This document shows positions 18,737 to 28,372 of a stretch of DNA of 32,000 nucleotides, piece by piece. The DNA is from Flavobacteriaceae bacterium. Lineage in GTDB: Bacteria > Bacteroidota > Bacteroidia > Flavobacteriales > Flavobacteriaceae. A program made the position numbers and the translations under genes. Location: assembly GCA_965224465.1 (NCBI GenBank), contig OZ245049.1, forward strand, positions 450,001 to 482,000, in the 5' to 3' direction. Each line of letters opens with the position of its first letter. The stretch's first letter is position 1. The notes beneath the pieces were generated by a model. It was given only the letters and a program-made list of their open reading frames with translations. It had not been told where the DNA came from and ran no database searches.

Positions 18737-20527
18737 ATGGGAATTATTTTTGGAGAATATGTTCCTAGTATAGAGAGAACTGAATATGAAAAAGTAGTTA
18801 CGGTAGGAGTGTTTTTTGACGGTACATTAAATAACCGTAAAAATACACGTGCTCGTAAGACTGCATTGGAAGAAGAAACGGATGCCAATCCTTCTTTAAG
18901 TACTGTTGTAAATAAAGATGGAACTTCCGAAAGAAATTTAGGGATAAGTGCTTTTAATAAAGAAAAAGATGTAAGCTATTTTAATGACGAATCTAACGTT
19001 TCTCGTTTAGAACGGTTTTATGAAAAAGATGATGCCCTAGTCTTAAAAGTATATGTTGAAGGTATTGGTACTGATAATTTTGAAGGTGATGCGTTTTTAA
19101 GTAAAACCACAGGGGCTTTTAGTAGAGGTATTGGTGACAAAGTAAGCAAAGCTTGTAAAAAAATTGTAGAAAAATTAAATATATTAAATTACGATGCCCC
19201 TAAAAGTAGAATCATAGATATATTACAATTTGATATCTATGGTTTTAGTAGAGGGGCTGCTGCGGCTCGTCATTTTATATATCAAGTAATGCGTACAGAT
19301 AAATTTACATTAGAAGCTGATATTATTACAGGATTTACAATAGATCCCCATCCAACAAGGGGTTATTTGGGGCAATATTTGTATGATCAAAAAATAAGTG
19401 TTTATGAAGTTAAGATTCGTTTTGTAGGTCTGTATGAAACCGTAGCATCTTATGGTATAATTCATTGGAATGATGTATTTCAATTAAAATTAGACAAATT
19501 ATATTATGCCGATAAAGTAGTTCACTTAACAGCACAAGACGAAATAAGAGAAAACTTTAGTTTAATAGACATTACAAGTGCAGGAAAGAAAGGAGTAACA
19601 ATCACAATGCCTGGAGTACATTCGGATATTGGAGGTGGCTATGAAGAAAATATAAAACAAGAAAAAGTATTGCTTTGGGATGGAAAACGCAAAAAATTTG
19701 ATACCTTAACTTCTAATAGAATTTTATATCATTATCTTTTAGAAGGTTGGTTTAATAAAAAGACTATAGACAAAGAGAGGATGTTTCAACTCTTTTTTCT
19801 GAGAAACGAAGTGTATGGAAAACGACAAAACATAACAAACACATACAGCGTTATTCCGTTACAAATAATGGCGAAATTATCGAATGACAATAAGGCACTA
19901 ATTGAAACAAAAAAACTAGAAGAGTTTTTCAATACAAACGATGATGGTTTTTTATCGAGTATTCAAAAAAAGTTATTTAGTCAATTAAAAAATAGTACCG
20001 GTAATATTGTAGAATTATTAAAATTTGACAGATTAGAAAATGCTGAAAACATCTGGAAAAAAATGGTAGAAAAATATTATAATAAAGGAACTGAATATAC
20101 GCATAAAAGCATCAGTAAATCTCAATTTAAAGAATATTATTATCAGATTAAAAAAGACAAAAAAGCACTGTTAAGAGAATGTGATTTATTTATAGAAAAC
20201 AGCTCAGAATTAGAAGAATTAATTAAGAATAACTGGAAACTCATACGTTCCTATAAAAATGACATAGATGATTACACTCCCTTAAAAACCACTAAAAAAG
20301 AGACCATTCAAGAGAATCTGGGAGATATTTTAGATATTTCAAAAACCTTTATGGCTGGTACAATACTAGATGAAGTAGTTGTAATAGCTTATAAAAAGGA
20401 TATTGATAATATTAAAAAATTAAGAAATATATATTTGCATATTTCTCATACTTATGAAAATAGTGCCTTATTTCTTGAACCACTCGCTCCAAGCTTTGAT
20501 TACATGCGAAAATACAGAAAAGGATAA
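18737..20527 (+). CDS. DUF2235 alpha/beta-hydrolase, Tle1-like phospholipase effector with a ~230-aa K/E/N-rich C-terminal extension
   Basis: Hallmark motifs in order: VGVFFDGTLNN, SNVSRLERFY, IYGFSRGAAAARHF (GxSxG nucleophile), LTAQDEIRENF, PGVHSDIGGGY. No signal peptide. Confidence 0.85.
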   Translation: MGIIFGEYVPSIERTEYEKVVTVGVFFDGTLNNRKNTRARKTALEEETDANPSLSTVVNKDGTSERNLGISAFNKEKDVSYFNDESNVSRLERFYEKDDALVLKVYVEGIGTDNFEGDAFLSKTTGAFSRGIGDKVSKACKKIVEKLNILNYDAPKSRIIDILQFDIYGFSRGAAAARHFIYQVMRTDKFTLEADIITGFTIDPHPTRGYLGQYLYDQKISVYEVKIRFVGLYETVASYGIIHWNDVFQLKLDKLYYADKVVHLTAQDEIRENFSLIDITSAGKKGVTITMPGVHSDIGGGYEENIKQEKVLLWDGKRKKFDTLTSNRILYHYLLEGWFNKKTIDKERMFQLFFLRNEVYGKRQNITNTYSVIPLQIMAKLSNDNKALIETKKLEEFFNTNDDGFLSSIQKKLFSQLKNSTGNIVELLKFDRLENAENIWKKMVEKYYNKGTEYTHKSISKSQFKEYYYQIKKDKKALLRECDLFIENSSELEELIKNNWKLIRSYKNDIDDYTPLKTTKKETIQENLGDILDISKTFMAGTILDEVVVIAYKKDIDNIKKLRNIYLHISHTYENSALFLEPLAPSFDYMRKYRKG

Positions 20528-20734
20528 ATTCACAAAGGGAAACACGCACTATTTACAATCGAATAGACAACACCAACTAGCTGCTGGCAGGCACCTCTCA
20601 CACCACCATACATACGAGAGCTTCGCTCGGACATTTCTAATTATACGTTTAAAAACACTTCTAGTTCTCATAAACCTATACGACGGTTCAAAAATTTGAA
20701 GTTTGCGTATTATTATTGGTTAATAACAAAGGCA

Positions 20735-20877
20735 TATACCCTTTTTAGAACAAGTCTAGATTTGGGTTTGGTAGACTTTAAAATTGGACTTTATTATTAT
20801 TATTCACTCCCTTTTATTTTTTTAGAGGTGTTCATGATAGCTTCGCAGTTATTCACTCCCTTTTATTTTTTTAGAGG
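20735..20877. repeat. Repeat head (~62 nt) plus 1.6 units of the 49-bp repeat (units from 20800 and 20849, orientation A), truncated by IS30
   Basis: The head catataccctttttagaacaagtctagatttgggtttggtagactttaaaattggac is the inverted counterpart of 28233-28293. Unit 1 matches the consensus exactly. Unit 2 stops at ...ttagagg, where the IS30 terminal repeat begins. Confidence 0.85.
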
Positions 20878-22003
20878 CTTAAATTCAACTAATAAACGCA
20901 ACTTTTCGATTTGATTCTATGATGGTTATATTTTCAAAACAGAAAAGTAGGAAAACCTACCTTTCTTGTCTTGATGGATATGTATCTTACGGTCTCAAAT
21001 CTCGAAAAAAGAAGTTGTATGAAACACATCACCCAAGCGCAAAGATACACAATTTGTTGCATGTTAAAACAAGGTTATAAACAGGTTGAGATAGCAGCTG
21101 CTATAGGAAAAGACAAGTCTGTTATTAGCAAAGAGATTAAGCGTAATTCAGACAAAAGAAATGGAGTTTACAAGCATGAATTAGCCCAAAAAAAGTATGC
21201 TAAACGTCATAAAGAAAAGCCTAAAAGAAAACGCTTTACAGAAGATATTCAACAAGCAATAGAGTTGTTATTGCGAGACGATTATAGTCCTGAGCAAGTA
21301 GTTGGTGTCCTAAAAAAACAAGGTAAAGAAACGGTGTCTATTGAGCGTATATATCAGCATATTAGGGAAGACAAGAGGAATGATGGTGATTTACATACAC
21401 ACCTTCGCAGACAGGGAAGGAGATATAGAAAACGTGGCTCATCAAAGGATTCTAGAGGGGTTATAAAGAATCGTATTAGTATAGAACAACGCCCTGAAGT
21501 TGTTGAACAAAGAAATCGATTTGGAGATTTAGAGGTCGATTTAATCATAGGTAAAAACCATAATCAAGCCATACTTACCGTAAATGATAGAGCTTCTGGA
21601 ATGCTTAAAATGAAAAAAGTAAGCTCTAAAGAAGCAGTTGTTGTCACTAAAGCTATCAATGAAATATTAGAAGACTGGAAGCCTTATCTACATACTATAA
21701 CAGCTGATAATGGAAAAGAATTTGCAGGCCATGAGCAGGTTGCAGAAAATTTATGTATTGATTACTTTTTTGCGCATCCATATCACTCTTGGGAAAGAGG
21801 ATCTAACGAAAATTTAAATGGTTTGATTAGACAATATTTTGCCAAAGGAAGTGACTTTACAAACCTAACAGATCAAAGAATCAAAGAGGTAGAAACAAAA
21901 TTAAATAACAGACCTAGGAAGAGACATAAATATCAAAACCCTATATTTGTAATGGAACAATTATTATTTAACTAAAAGTTGCGTTTGTGACTTGAATTCA
22001 GCA
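20877..22003 (+). mobile_element. IS30-family insertion sequence (~1.13 kb)
   Basis: Imperfect terminal inverted repeats: gcttaaattcaactaataaacgcaactttt (20877-) versus the reverse complement of aaaagttgcgtttgtgacttgaattcagc (-22003). One transposase gene. No clear target-site duplication was seen. Confidence 0.8.
21019..21975 (+). CDS. IS30-family DDE transposase
   Basis: N-terminal HTH (MKHITQAQRYTICCMLKQGYKQVEIA). DDE region: EVDLIIG ... TITADNGKEF ... SWERGSNENLNGLIRQYF. I prefer the ATG at 21019 over the TTG at 20971. Confidence 0.9.
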   Translation: MKHITQAQRYTICCMLKQGYKQVEIAAAIGKDKSVISKEIKRNSDKRNGVYKHELAQKKYAKRHKEKPKRKRFTEDIQQAIELLLRDDYSPEQVVGVLKKQGKETVSIERIYQHIREDKRNDGDLHTHLRRQGRRYRKRGSSKDSRGVIKNRISIEQRPEVVEQRNRFGDLEVDLIIGKNHNQAILTVNDRASGMLKMKKVSSKEAVVVTKAINEILEDWKPYLHTITADNGKEFAGHEQVAENLCIDYFFAHPYHSWERGSNENLNGLIRQYFAKGSDFTNLTDQRIKEVETKLNNRPRKRHKYQNPIFVMEQLLFN

Positions 22004-22194
22004 ACCATTTATTTACGGATATCAATTTTCTTACGCATATATCAATTAAAAAGATGCTATTGCCATATATAATTCTATCTTTGGTTCAAAATATGCATGC
22101 AATCAGCTTGTTTTAGGAGCCTTTTTTATCACTAAAAAAACACCCCCTACAACCAATGCTTTTTCATATCAAAAAAAACTATATCAAAAAAAAC

Positions 22195-23502
22195 ATGAAA
22201 AAAATATGTATCCTTATTTTCTTGACGCTCTTAATTAGCTGTTCAGATGAAAATAAAACAGACCGTGAGTTATTATTAAGAGATCAGAAAGAATTGAATA
22301 AAAACTTAACTTCTTATAAGGTAAGCACCTATAAATTCGGTAAAATATTAATCAGATCTTCTGTTTCAAAGGATAGTATCTCTCCAGAATTCAACGCTTT
22401 TAAAAGTGATCTTGATAGGATTTTTAAAAAAGTAGTTAAGTACAACCTTGATAGCACAGAAAGTCTATCCCTTTTAGACTATGTTTCTATCTATCGAGAT
22501 TACAATAAAATGGAAGATTTTATAACTAGAACAGACGAGGATATTTTCCCTACACTTTCTGATGCATTTCATGAAATCTACGCAGATTCTACTTCTAAAA
22601 AACAAGAATTCTATACGGGAAAAGAAAAAGAATATGTTCAAAATATTGAGCATTCCATTTTAAGTGCCATTGTGATATTAAGTAAAGATTTAGGCAAGGA
22701 GGTTTCTCTATATGAATGCTCAAAAACAAAACCAGCATTGCTTCCTGATGGTGAAATTAAAACTCTATTACAATTTTTTAGAGGATTTTTATTTTTTGAA
22801 AAAGGACTGTACTACTTATCAGAGGATGAAATATCAAGAAATATAACCTGGTTGAATAGCAATAACAATATAGAACTTCCCTACACAAGGACTCTGTTTA
22901 AATGGGGAAATCTCGACAATGCGAAAACCCACGTTGCATTTCATGGAATGAATCATTTATTTAGAGGATTTGACAGGCTTATGATGGACAGAAAAATCGA
23001 TGAAGAACGAGCATTAAAAGATTTTGAGCTCTTTTTAGAAGACACCAAAGCCATCGGTTTGGACAACGAACTTATTTGGTCTATAGAAACGTACTTATAT
23101 TTAAAAAATGATGATCAAGAAAAATCAATAGCATCCTTAAAAAAATTGCAATCAAGTCACTTACTTTCTTCATCCGATAAAAAAAGAGTTACAGAAGCAA
23201 TTGTTTATGTGGAAAATAGGGAAAGCGGAAAAGTACTGAATGGTATTTACGATAAGTTTTTTCTAAGTAAAATTGCTACTAAATACATCTATTCTATCTT
23301 GGCTAAAACAGACTGGGAACAAATAATGAAAGAACAAAATGTGCCACATACCGAAGAAATGTTTAAAACCATTGATAATTTTAATGAATTGATGGTCAAT
23401 TTAAATACATATTCCAGTACCGAAAAATTAAAAGAAGTAGGAAAAGACCTAAAAGATAAAAGTAAAAACCTTTGGAACAAGGCTATAGAAATGGTTGACT
23501 AA
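22195..23502 (+). CDS. Hypothetical lipoprotein (~435 aa)
   Basis: MKKICILIFLTLLISC signal peptide and lipobox at the internal ATG 22195. The remainder is helical and K/E-rich, with no recognised family. Confidence 0.7.
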   Translation: MKKICILIFLTLLISCSDENKTDRELLLRDQKELNKNLTSYKVSTYKFGKILIRSSVSKDSISPEFNAFKSDLDRIFKKVVKYNLDSTESLSLLDYVSIYRDYNKMEDFITRTDEDIFPTLSDAFHEIYADSTSKKQEFYTGKEKEYVQNIEHSILSAIVILSKDLGKEVSLYECSKTKPALLPDGEIKTLLQFFRGFLFFEKGLYYLSEDEISRNITWLNSNNNIELPYTRTLFKWGNLDNAKTHVAFHGMNHLFRGFDRLMMDRKIDEERALKDFELFLEDTKAIGLDNELIWSIETYLYLKNDDQEKSIASLKKLQSSHLLSSSDKKRVTEAIVYVENRESGKVLNGIYDKFFLSKIATKYIYSILAKTDWEQIMKEQNVPHTEEMFKTIDNFNELMVNLNTYSSTEKLKEVGKDLKDKSKNLWNKAIEMVD

Positions 23503-23551
23503 TCAAGTAGATTTCTTATTAAAAACGTGATAAAATCATATATTTATAGAC

Positions 23552-23583
23552 AAAAAAAAGACCTCTAACGAGGTCTTTTTTTT
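23552..23583. terminator. Bidirectional rho-independent terminator
   Basis: aaaaaaaAGACCTCtaacGAGGTCTtttttttt lies between convergent genes. Confidence 0.8.
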
Positions 23584-23601
23584 ACAAATATTAATAAGGT
23601 T

Positions 23602-26600
23602 TTAATTTCTATACAATACATCAGCACCAATGGTTCCGATAAGGTTGTTTAGATACGTACTTGTACTTACATAACCTAATTCCTGCTGCGCATCAGACAA
23701 TCTAGTTTTCAAATCTAATTCAACACATGCCTCGCTATTCAAATCGTTAGAAAGGAAACCTTCCAAATAATCAATTCCGTCTTTTAAACGATCTATATCT
23801 ATTTGTTGTTTCAATTCCAAACGCTCTTGATACCAAGCAGAATTAACCACTACTTCTCTTTTAAATTGCTTTCTCAATTCAGGATCGTTGATGTTTTTCC
23901 CTTCATAATGCCCATAAGCCATAATGTGCAATAATATTTTTAAAGGAGGAATAGCTGCGGATACACTCTTATCTGCAAAATAGTTCAGTCCTACTTTCTC
24001 TTGAGCTTCAACTATATTGTTGATACCATCAGCATAAGCTTCAATATCTTGCAACTCAGGTTTCAACATTTTTTCGTTAAACACTGCTTGTGGCTCATCA
24101 AAAATACGATTCATATTTCTAAACAAGAAACCTTCTGTAATTCGATATCCCAATCTACTTGCTTGAATGGTTTGACCATTGTATTCAAAATCTTCTAATT
24201 TCTCCAAAGATCCTTCTTCTATCAAACGTTTTGGTTGGCGTTCTTTTTCTTCTAAACGACACCATAATTCAGGAATCAATAACGAAATATCATGATCAAA
24301 TCGGTTGTCAGATCCTACATGTCCAGCAGCAGAAGAAAATCCTTCATAATCTGTTAATATATAAGACAATAAAGCATTGTTCAAATCAGAAGTTGCACTC
24401 AACATATTAAAAGGCCCTTTGGTCAAAGCTCCTTCAGAACCTGCTCCTGTAGTTGATGGAGATTTTCCTGTTAAACTACAGATAAAGTCCATAAACAATT
24501 CTGGTAATTCTTGATAATGTATCGGATTGTACACACTCAAAGCTCTAATACCAGCAGCTTTATCCGCAGGATTGTTACGTCTACCTGCTAAGATAGCATT
24601 TACAGGATGATGTACTGCTGCATCATTCGGCACTTTACGAGACAAACGTACACCTATTTCTGCCAATCTATCATCTACAGGGTTTACTAAATCTGGTCTG
24701 ATTTGTAAATACCTAGGATTTTTGGTTGGTTCACCATTAACAATTCTAGGGTGAGACGGAGTAATAAAGTACAATCCTTTGGTATCTTTTACACCTCCAT
24801 TAATAATTTTTTGAATCGGTGCAGTATATTCTGCAAATCCGATAGCATCAGCTTGCAATTCTATTCCATCTTCCCGATTCAATGGTTCGTAATTAGAACA
24901 AAAGTTATTACTCATAGACAAATCTGCTTCTGCATCTTTGTCATAACCTCTAATAATAGCTTCGTCAGGACGTTGGAAAAAACGTTTTTCACAATTTGCA
25001 GTAATTTTTACACTGCGGTGATTGCTATAATCTGGATTCAAATTGCTAAAGCGCTCTTTTGGTAATACAATAGAAGCCGTAATATCATCTTCCATCTGAA
25101 TTTTTGCAGCGGCAATAAAATCGGTACGTAATTTATGCAAATACCATGAATTGTCATTGGCGAAACCAATACGTAAATAACTGGCTACAATTTTACGATT
25201 GTTAAACAATAATTCGTGTCCTTTTTTACCATTAACAACATCCACAGAAAAATAATCTTTCCAGTCTCCATTGGTTCTTTCTGGACGGTAAAAACGTCTA
25301 ACATAAAACACCAATGCCTTCACATGATCTGGAATACCTGCCAAGTAATTATTGTATTCTTCTGTATAATATTTAGAAGGTGTCAATAATTTAATAACAG
25401 AACCCAAGGTACGTTTGGCGCCCAATAAAGGTCTAGAAGATTCACTGCGATCCGAGTGATTGATCCATCGTTTGGTATAATTATATTTGATAACAACATC
25501 CGCCATTTTAAAATCTTCATCTATATCTCTCACATAGAAAGAAGAATAGATAATAGCATTTAAAAGCGACTTAGAGATTTCTGATTTACCACCACCAGAA
25601 ACCGTACAAGGCTTGTGACAGAAAGTTCCTTCCGCAGCCGTACTCACCAATCTCCAAGAGGGTGTCTCAGGATGTTTCTCCATGTGAATTTTAACTCCCG
25701 ATGGATGTACGTAAAATTTACCTGGAGTAAGGTTTAATTTTTGTTCTTCCCCTTCATGCATCCACGTAATTTTCCCTTTGTATAAGTTTATTTTAGAATA
25801 TTCGTTGATATAATAAATAGTATCAAAAGTTTTATCTATCGCATAACCTTCTGGATGTATATCCATAGATTCACCATATTCAGCAACAACATCCGTATAT
25901 TTAAACTGTTGCTTTAGGATATTATTCATAAATAATTTCCCATCAAACTGATCCCCTAAATTTTTACGAGGGAAAGCAATCGCACCACCAGCGTGTTCTT
26001 CTTCCGAAAGACCTAATAAATTGGCAGAAAAACTGATTTGTGTTTTCACTTCTTTCTTTGAATACCCAAAGTAATTATCAGCAATCAATGTAATCACTGT
26101 ACCACTCTCATCTCTACAGGTTAATTTAAACGCATTTCCATCATTGTACAGCTCATCCTCGTTTTTCCAGCAAACACCGTCTCTACGCTCTCTTTCTGTA
26201 GCATCTTCATATTTAGGAAGACCCAATTCTTTTTTGGTCAACTCCAATAATTGAGGTGCCAATATCACACATCCCGTATGCCCTGTCCAATGTGCAACAT
26301 CCAATCCTGCATCATTCATAGGTAAATTTGGATCTCCTGCATTTCCAAAAATAGACTCTACAAAATCTAAATTACTCACAAAACTACCTGGAACAAAAAA
26401 TCGAATTTCCATTCTTTTTTCTTTGGAAATCCCTTTCACCTCTGGACTTACAATAGGGCGTAAATACAAAGAGGTAAATAACCGTGCTTTATCTTCTTGG
26501 TCTGCCGTAAAAGGTAATTCTAAAAAGTCTTCGCTAGGCGCAAATGCTTTTTCTAAAAACTTTGCCCATGCATATTTAGGCAATTCTATTTTTTCGTTTG

Positions 26601-27069
26601 GAATAGGCAATCCTCCTCCTACAATATGAAAAGATCCTTTGGTAGTTCTTCTATCGTGTTTAGGATTGTGCAATACTCCTTGTTTGATTCTATATGATTT
26701 AATAAAAGGAGTGATATATTCGTTTTTATCGACCGGTAAACTCAATTCACGAGCAATTTCAGCTTGACCTAATATAAAAGAGGTACGAGGTAGTTTTGGG
26801 GTAGTTTCCAAATTCTGATCCGCTAGATAGGTGTCAATAAAATGTTGAATTCTTTGATCCGCAGGACAAAGATGCTCAGATAGCAAGCGTGTCATAGATT
26901 TGTAATTCTTTACCAAGTTACTTGTCAATTCAATAAACTTTGAATCAGCGAGTCCTTGTTTGGAATTTGCATCACTATTTTCATATACAGGTTGCCCCAT
27001 AGATGCTAATTGCAAATTTATATATCGAATCATATCTTTACGTTTCGTTTTTTGATCTGTACGTTTCAT
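23602..27069 (-). CDS. Large conserved enzyme-like protein (1155 aa); tentatively PPi-dependent PEP carboxykinase family
   Basis: Uninterrupted 3.5 kb ORF with enzyme-like blocks: HNPKHDRRTTKG, DNYFGYSKKEVKTQISFSANL, CTVSGGGKSEISKS (P-loop-like), GKSPSTTGAGSEGALTKGPFN. The ~130 kDa size fits PPi-PEPCK. The family call comes from memory only. The CDS itself is near certain; the function is not. Confidence 0.5.
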   Translation of the reverse strand: MKRTDQKTKRKDMIRYINLQLASMGQPVYENSDANSKQGLADSKFIELTSNLVKNYKSMTRLLSEHLCPADQRIQHFIDTYLADQNLETTPKLPRTSFILGQAEIARELSLPVDKNEYITPFIKSYRIKQGVLHNPKHDRRTTKGSFHIVGGGLPIPNEKIELPKYAWAKFLEKAFAPSEDFLELPFTADQEDKARLFTSLYLRPIVSPEVKGISKEKRMEIRFFVPGSFVSNLDFVESIFGNAGDPNLPMNDAGLDVAHWTGHTGCVILAPQLLELTKKELGLPKYEDATERERRDGVCWKNEDELYNDGNAFKLTCRDESGTVITLIADNYFGYSKKEVKTQISFSANLLGLSEEEHAGGAIAFPRKNLGDQFDGKLFMNNILKQQFKYTDVVAEYGESMDIHPEGYAIDKTFDTIYYINEYSKINLYKGKITWMHEGEEQKLNLTPGKFYVHPSGVKIHMEKHPETPSWRLVSTAAEGTFCHKPCTVSGGGKSEISKSLLNAIIYSSFYVRDIDEDFKMADVVIKYNYTKRWINHSDRSESSRPLLGAKRTLGSVIKLLTPSKYYTEEYNNYLAGIPDHVKALVFYVRRFYRPERTNGDWKDYFSVDVVNGKKGHELLFNNRKIVASYLRIGFANDNSWYLHKLRTDFIAAAKIQMEDDITASIVLPKERFSNLNPDYSNHRSVKITANCEKRFFQRPDEAIIRGYDKDAEADLSMSNNFCSNYEPLNREDGIELQADAIGFAEYTAPIQKIINGGVKDTKGLYFITPSHPRIVNGEPTKNPRYLQIRPDLVNPVDDRLAEIGVRLSRKVPNDAAVHHPVNAILAGRRNNPADKAAGIRALSVYNPIHYQELPELFMDFICSLTGKSPSTTGAGSEGALTKGPFNMLSATSDLNNALLSYILTDYEGFSSAAGHVGSDNRFDHDISLLIPELWCRLEEKERQPKRLIEEGSLEKLEDFEYNGQTIQASRLGYRITEGFLFRNMNRIFDEPQAVFNEKMLKPELQDIEAYADGINNIVEAQEKVGLNYFADKSVSAAIPPLKILLHIMAYGHYEGKNINDPELRKQFKREVVVNSAWYQERLELKQQIDIDRLKDGIDYLEGFLSNDLNSEACVELDLKTRLSDAQQELGYVSTSTYLNNLIGTIGADVLYRN

Positions 27070-27879
27070 ACTTTTTACGTTTTATCTGTTGTTTCCTGTT
27101 GCTAATTTACGAAAATTTAAGCTGCAAAAACAGCTCTAACCCCTTGCAAACACTAGTAAAATAAAATTTAAGACGATTTCGTATTATTTATTTTTTTTAT
27201 GTGCTTACGAAAACGATGTAAATGGAAGGTTCTTTTTTATTTAGAACCATTCTAAATCATTACGATCTATTTCTTTTCTTCAAAATGATTTAAAAAAATT
27301 CAAACTATAACGTTTTCGCACGCTGTAATTCGTTCTTGCTTTTTTATAAAATGATGCATAAAACGAGATGTGTGTTCGTGCACATAACCTATGTTAAGCA
27401 ATTCCTAAAGATGAATTAATGTAAAAATGATACCTATTTGAGTGTGTGAAACAATGAATAATCACCTTCAAGAAAAACAAAGTAAACAAAAGATGCTTTC
27501 TATATGCATATATAATAGGTATAGAAATTAGACATCATAGTTTGGTCTAATGAAAAAAAGAAGGATACGGTGTAAAGATCCACGCATTTAAAGCACTCAA
27601 ATCTAATACGCTAGTCCTTATTTATGTTATCAATCAACTCGTTGAGACAAACAGGTTCTTCCTAAATAATTTATTCAATAGCATTTATTGAATTTGTAAA
27701 TTGAGATCCATACATAATAATTGATATCTACAGTCCTTTCTTTTAAATCATAATGATAAGAATTGCGGTTGCATTTTAAGTTCCTGCTCTAAATTACTCA
27801 TAACCGTTTCGCAATAAGCGCTGCCTGTATTTGTACCGTCTTTAAAGCCCTAGGTTTTCTTTCCTTTTTGGAAATGATA

Positions 27880-28085
27880 AAGTGGAGAAAAATGTATGTG
27901 AAGGCAACATGTAAAAAACCACAACATGATTGCTTTGGTTTTGATGTTTTATAAAAATCTGCTGAACCATTACACTTAATGGCTGTGTGGCTTACTTGTT
28001 GACGACACACGATAAAATCGTGCGTTAGCGATGGTGGATATTCGTGCGCCAGCTGGGAATAAGGGGAGGATGGGCAGTTGCCCAA
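27880..28085. repeat. Composite intergenic repeat R2, copy B
   Basis: Collinear with 10640-10880 (see that entry). It abuts the 49-bp array directly. Confidence 0.6.
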
Positions 28086-28232
28086 CGGCGTAGCCCTCAT
28101 GAACACCTCTAAAAAAATAAAAGGGAGTGAATAACTGCGAAGCTATCATGAACACCTCTAAAAAAATAAAAGGGAGTGAATAACTGCGAAGCTATCATGA
28201 ACACCTCTAAAAAAATAAAAGGGAGTGAATAA
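28086..28232. repeat. Tandem array of three 49-bp units (orientation B; 28086, 28135, 28184)
   Basis: The period is exactly 49 nt. Units 2 and 3 are identical (ctgcgaagctatcatgaacacctctaaaaaaataaaagggagtgaataa). Unit 1 diverges at its 5' end. Confidence 0.95.
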
Positions 28233-28372
28233 TAATGTCCAATTTTAAAAACTACCAAACCCAAATCTAGACTTGTACGAAAAGGGTTTTATGTAGATAC
28301 GGCAGTGATTGAGTGAACTGTAGCGAAGTGAAACTCAAGAACACCTCTAAAAAATAAAAAGGAGGTGAATAT
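28233..28372. repeat. Repeat head (28233-28293) plus variant 49-bp-family unit (28311-28372)
   Basis: The head is the inverted copy of 20735-20799. The variant gagtgaactgtagcgaagtgaaactcaagaacacctctaaaaaataaaaaggaggtgaatat matches the 16866-16930 variant in reverse complement. Confidence 0.8.

Noticed and set aside
20454-20914. ORFs 20454-20699 and 20696-20914 downstream of the phospholipase gene.
   Set aside because: The first overlaps the DUF2235 3' end out of frame. The second is a translation through the repeat head, the 49-bp units and the IS30 end.
27889-27951. A small Cys-containing peptide ORF, MYVKATCKKPQHDCFGFDVL, preceded by GGAG in R2 copy B.
   Set aside because: The homologous frame in copy A (10662-) has a stop at codon 4 (MYV*). 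The shared sequence also forms the terminator hairpin, so the conservation is better explained by RNA or DNA structure.
27798-28106. A 102-aa minus-strand ORF.
   Set aside because: It runs through the R2 repeat and into a 49-bp unit. The sequence is Cys/His-rich and low-complexity, with no motif. It is most likely a chance ORF across repeats.
28086-28232. The 49-bp tandem array as a possible CRISPR array.
   Set aside because: The units are directly abutting with no spacers. The period equals the repeat length, and no cas genes are present.
28098-28232. Each orientation-B unit contains a mini-ORF ATG AAC ACC TCT AAA AAA ATA AAA GGG AGT GAA TAA (MNTSKKIKGSE).
   Set aside because: The ATG and frame are not preserved in the variant copies (28311-28372, 5281-5336, 28996-29044). 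Conservation is therefore at the nucleotide level, not the peptide level.
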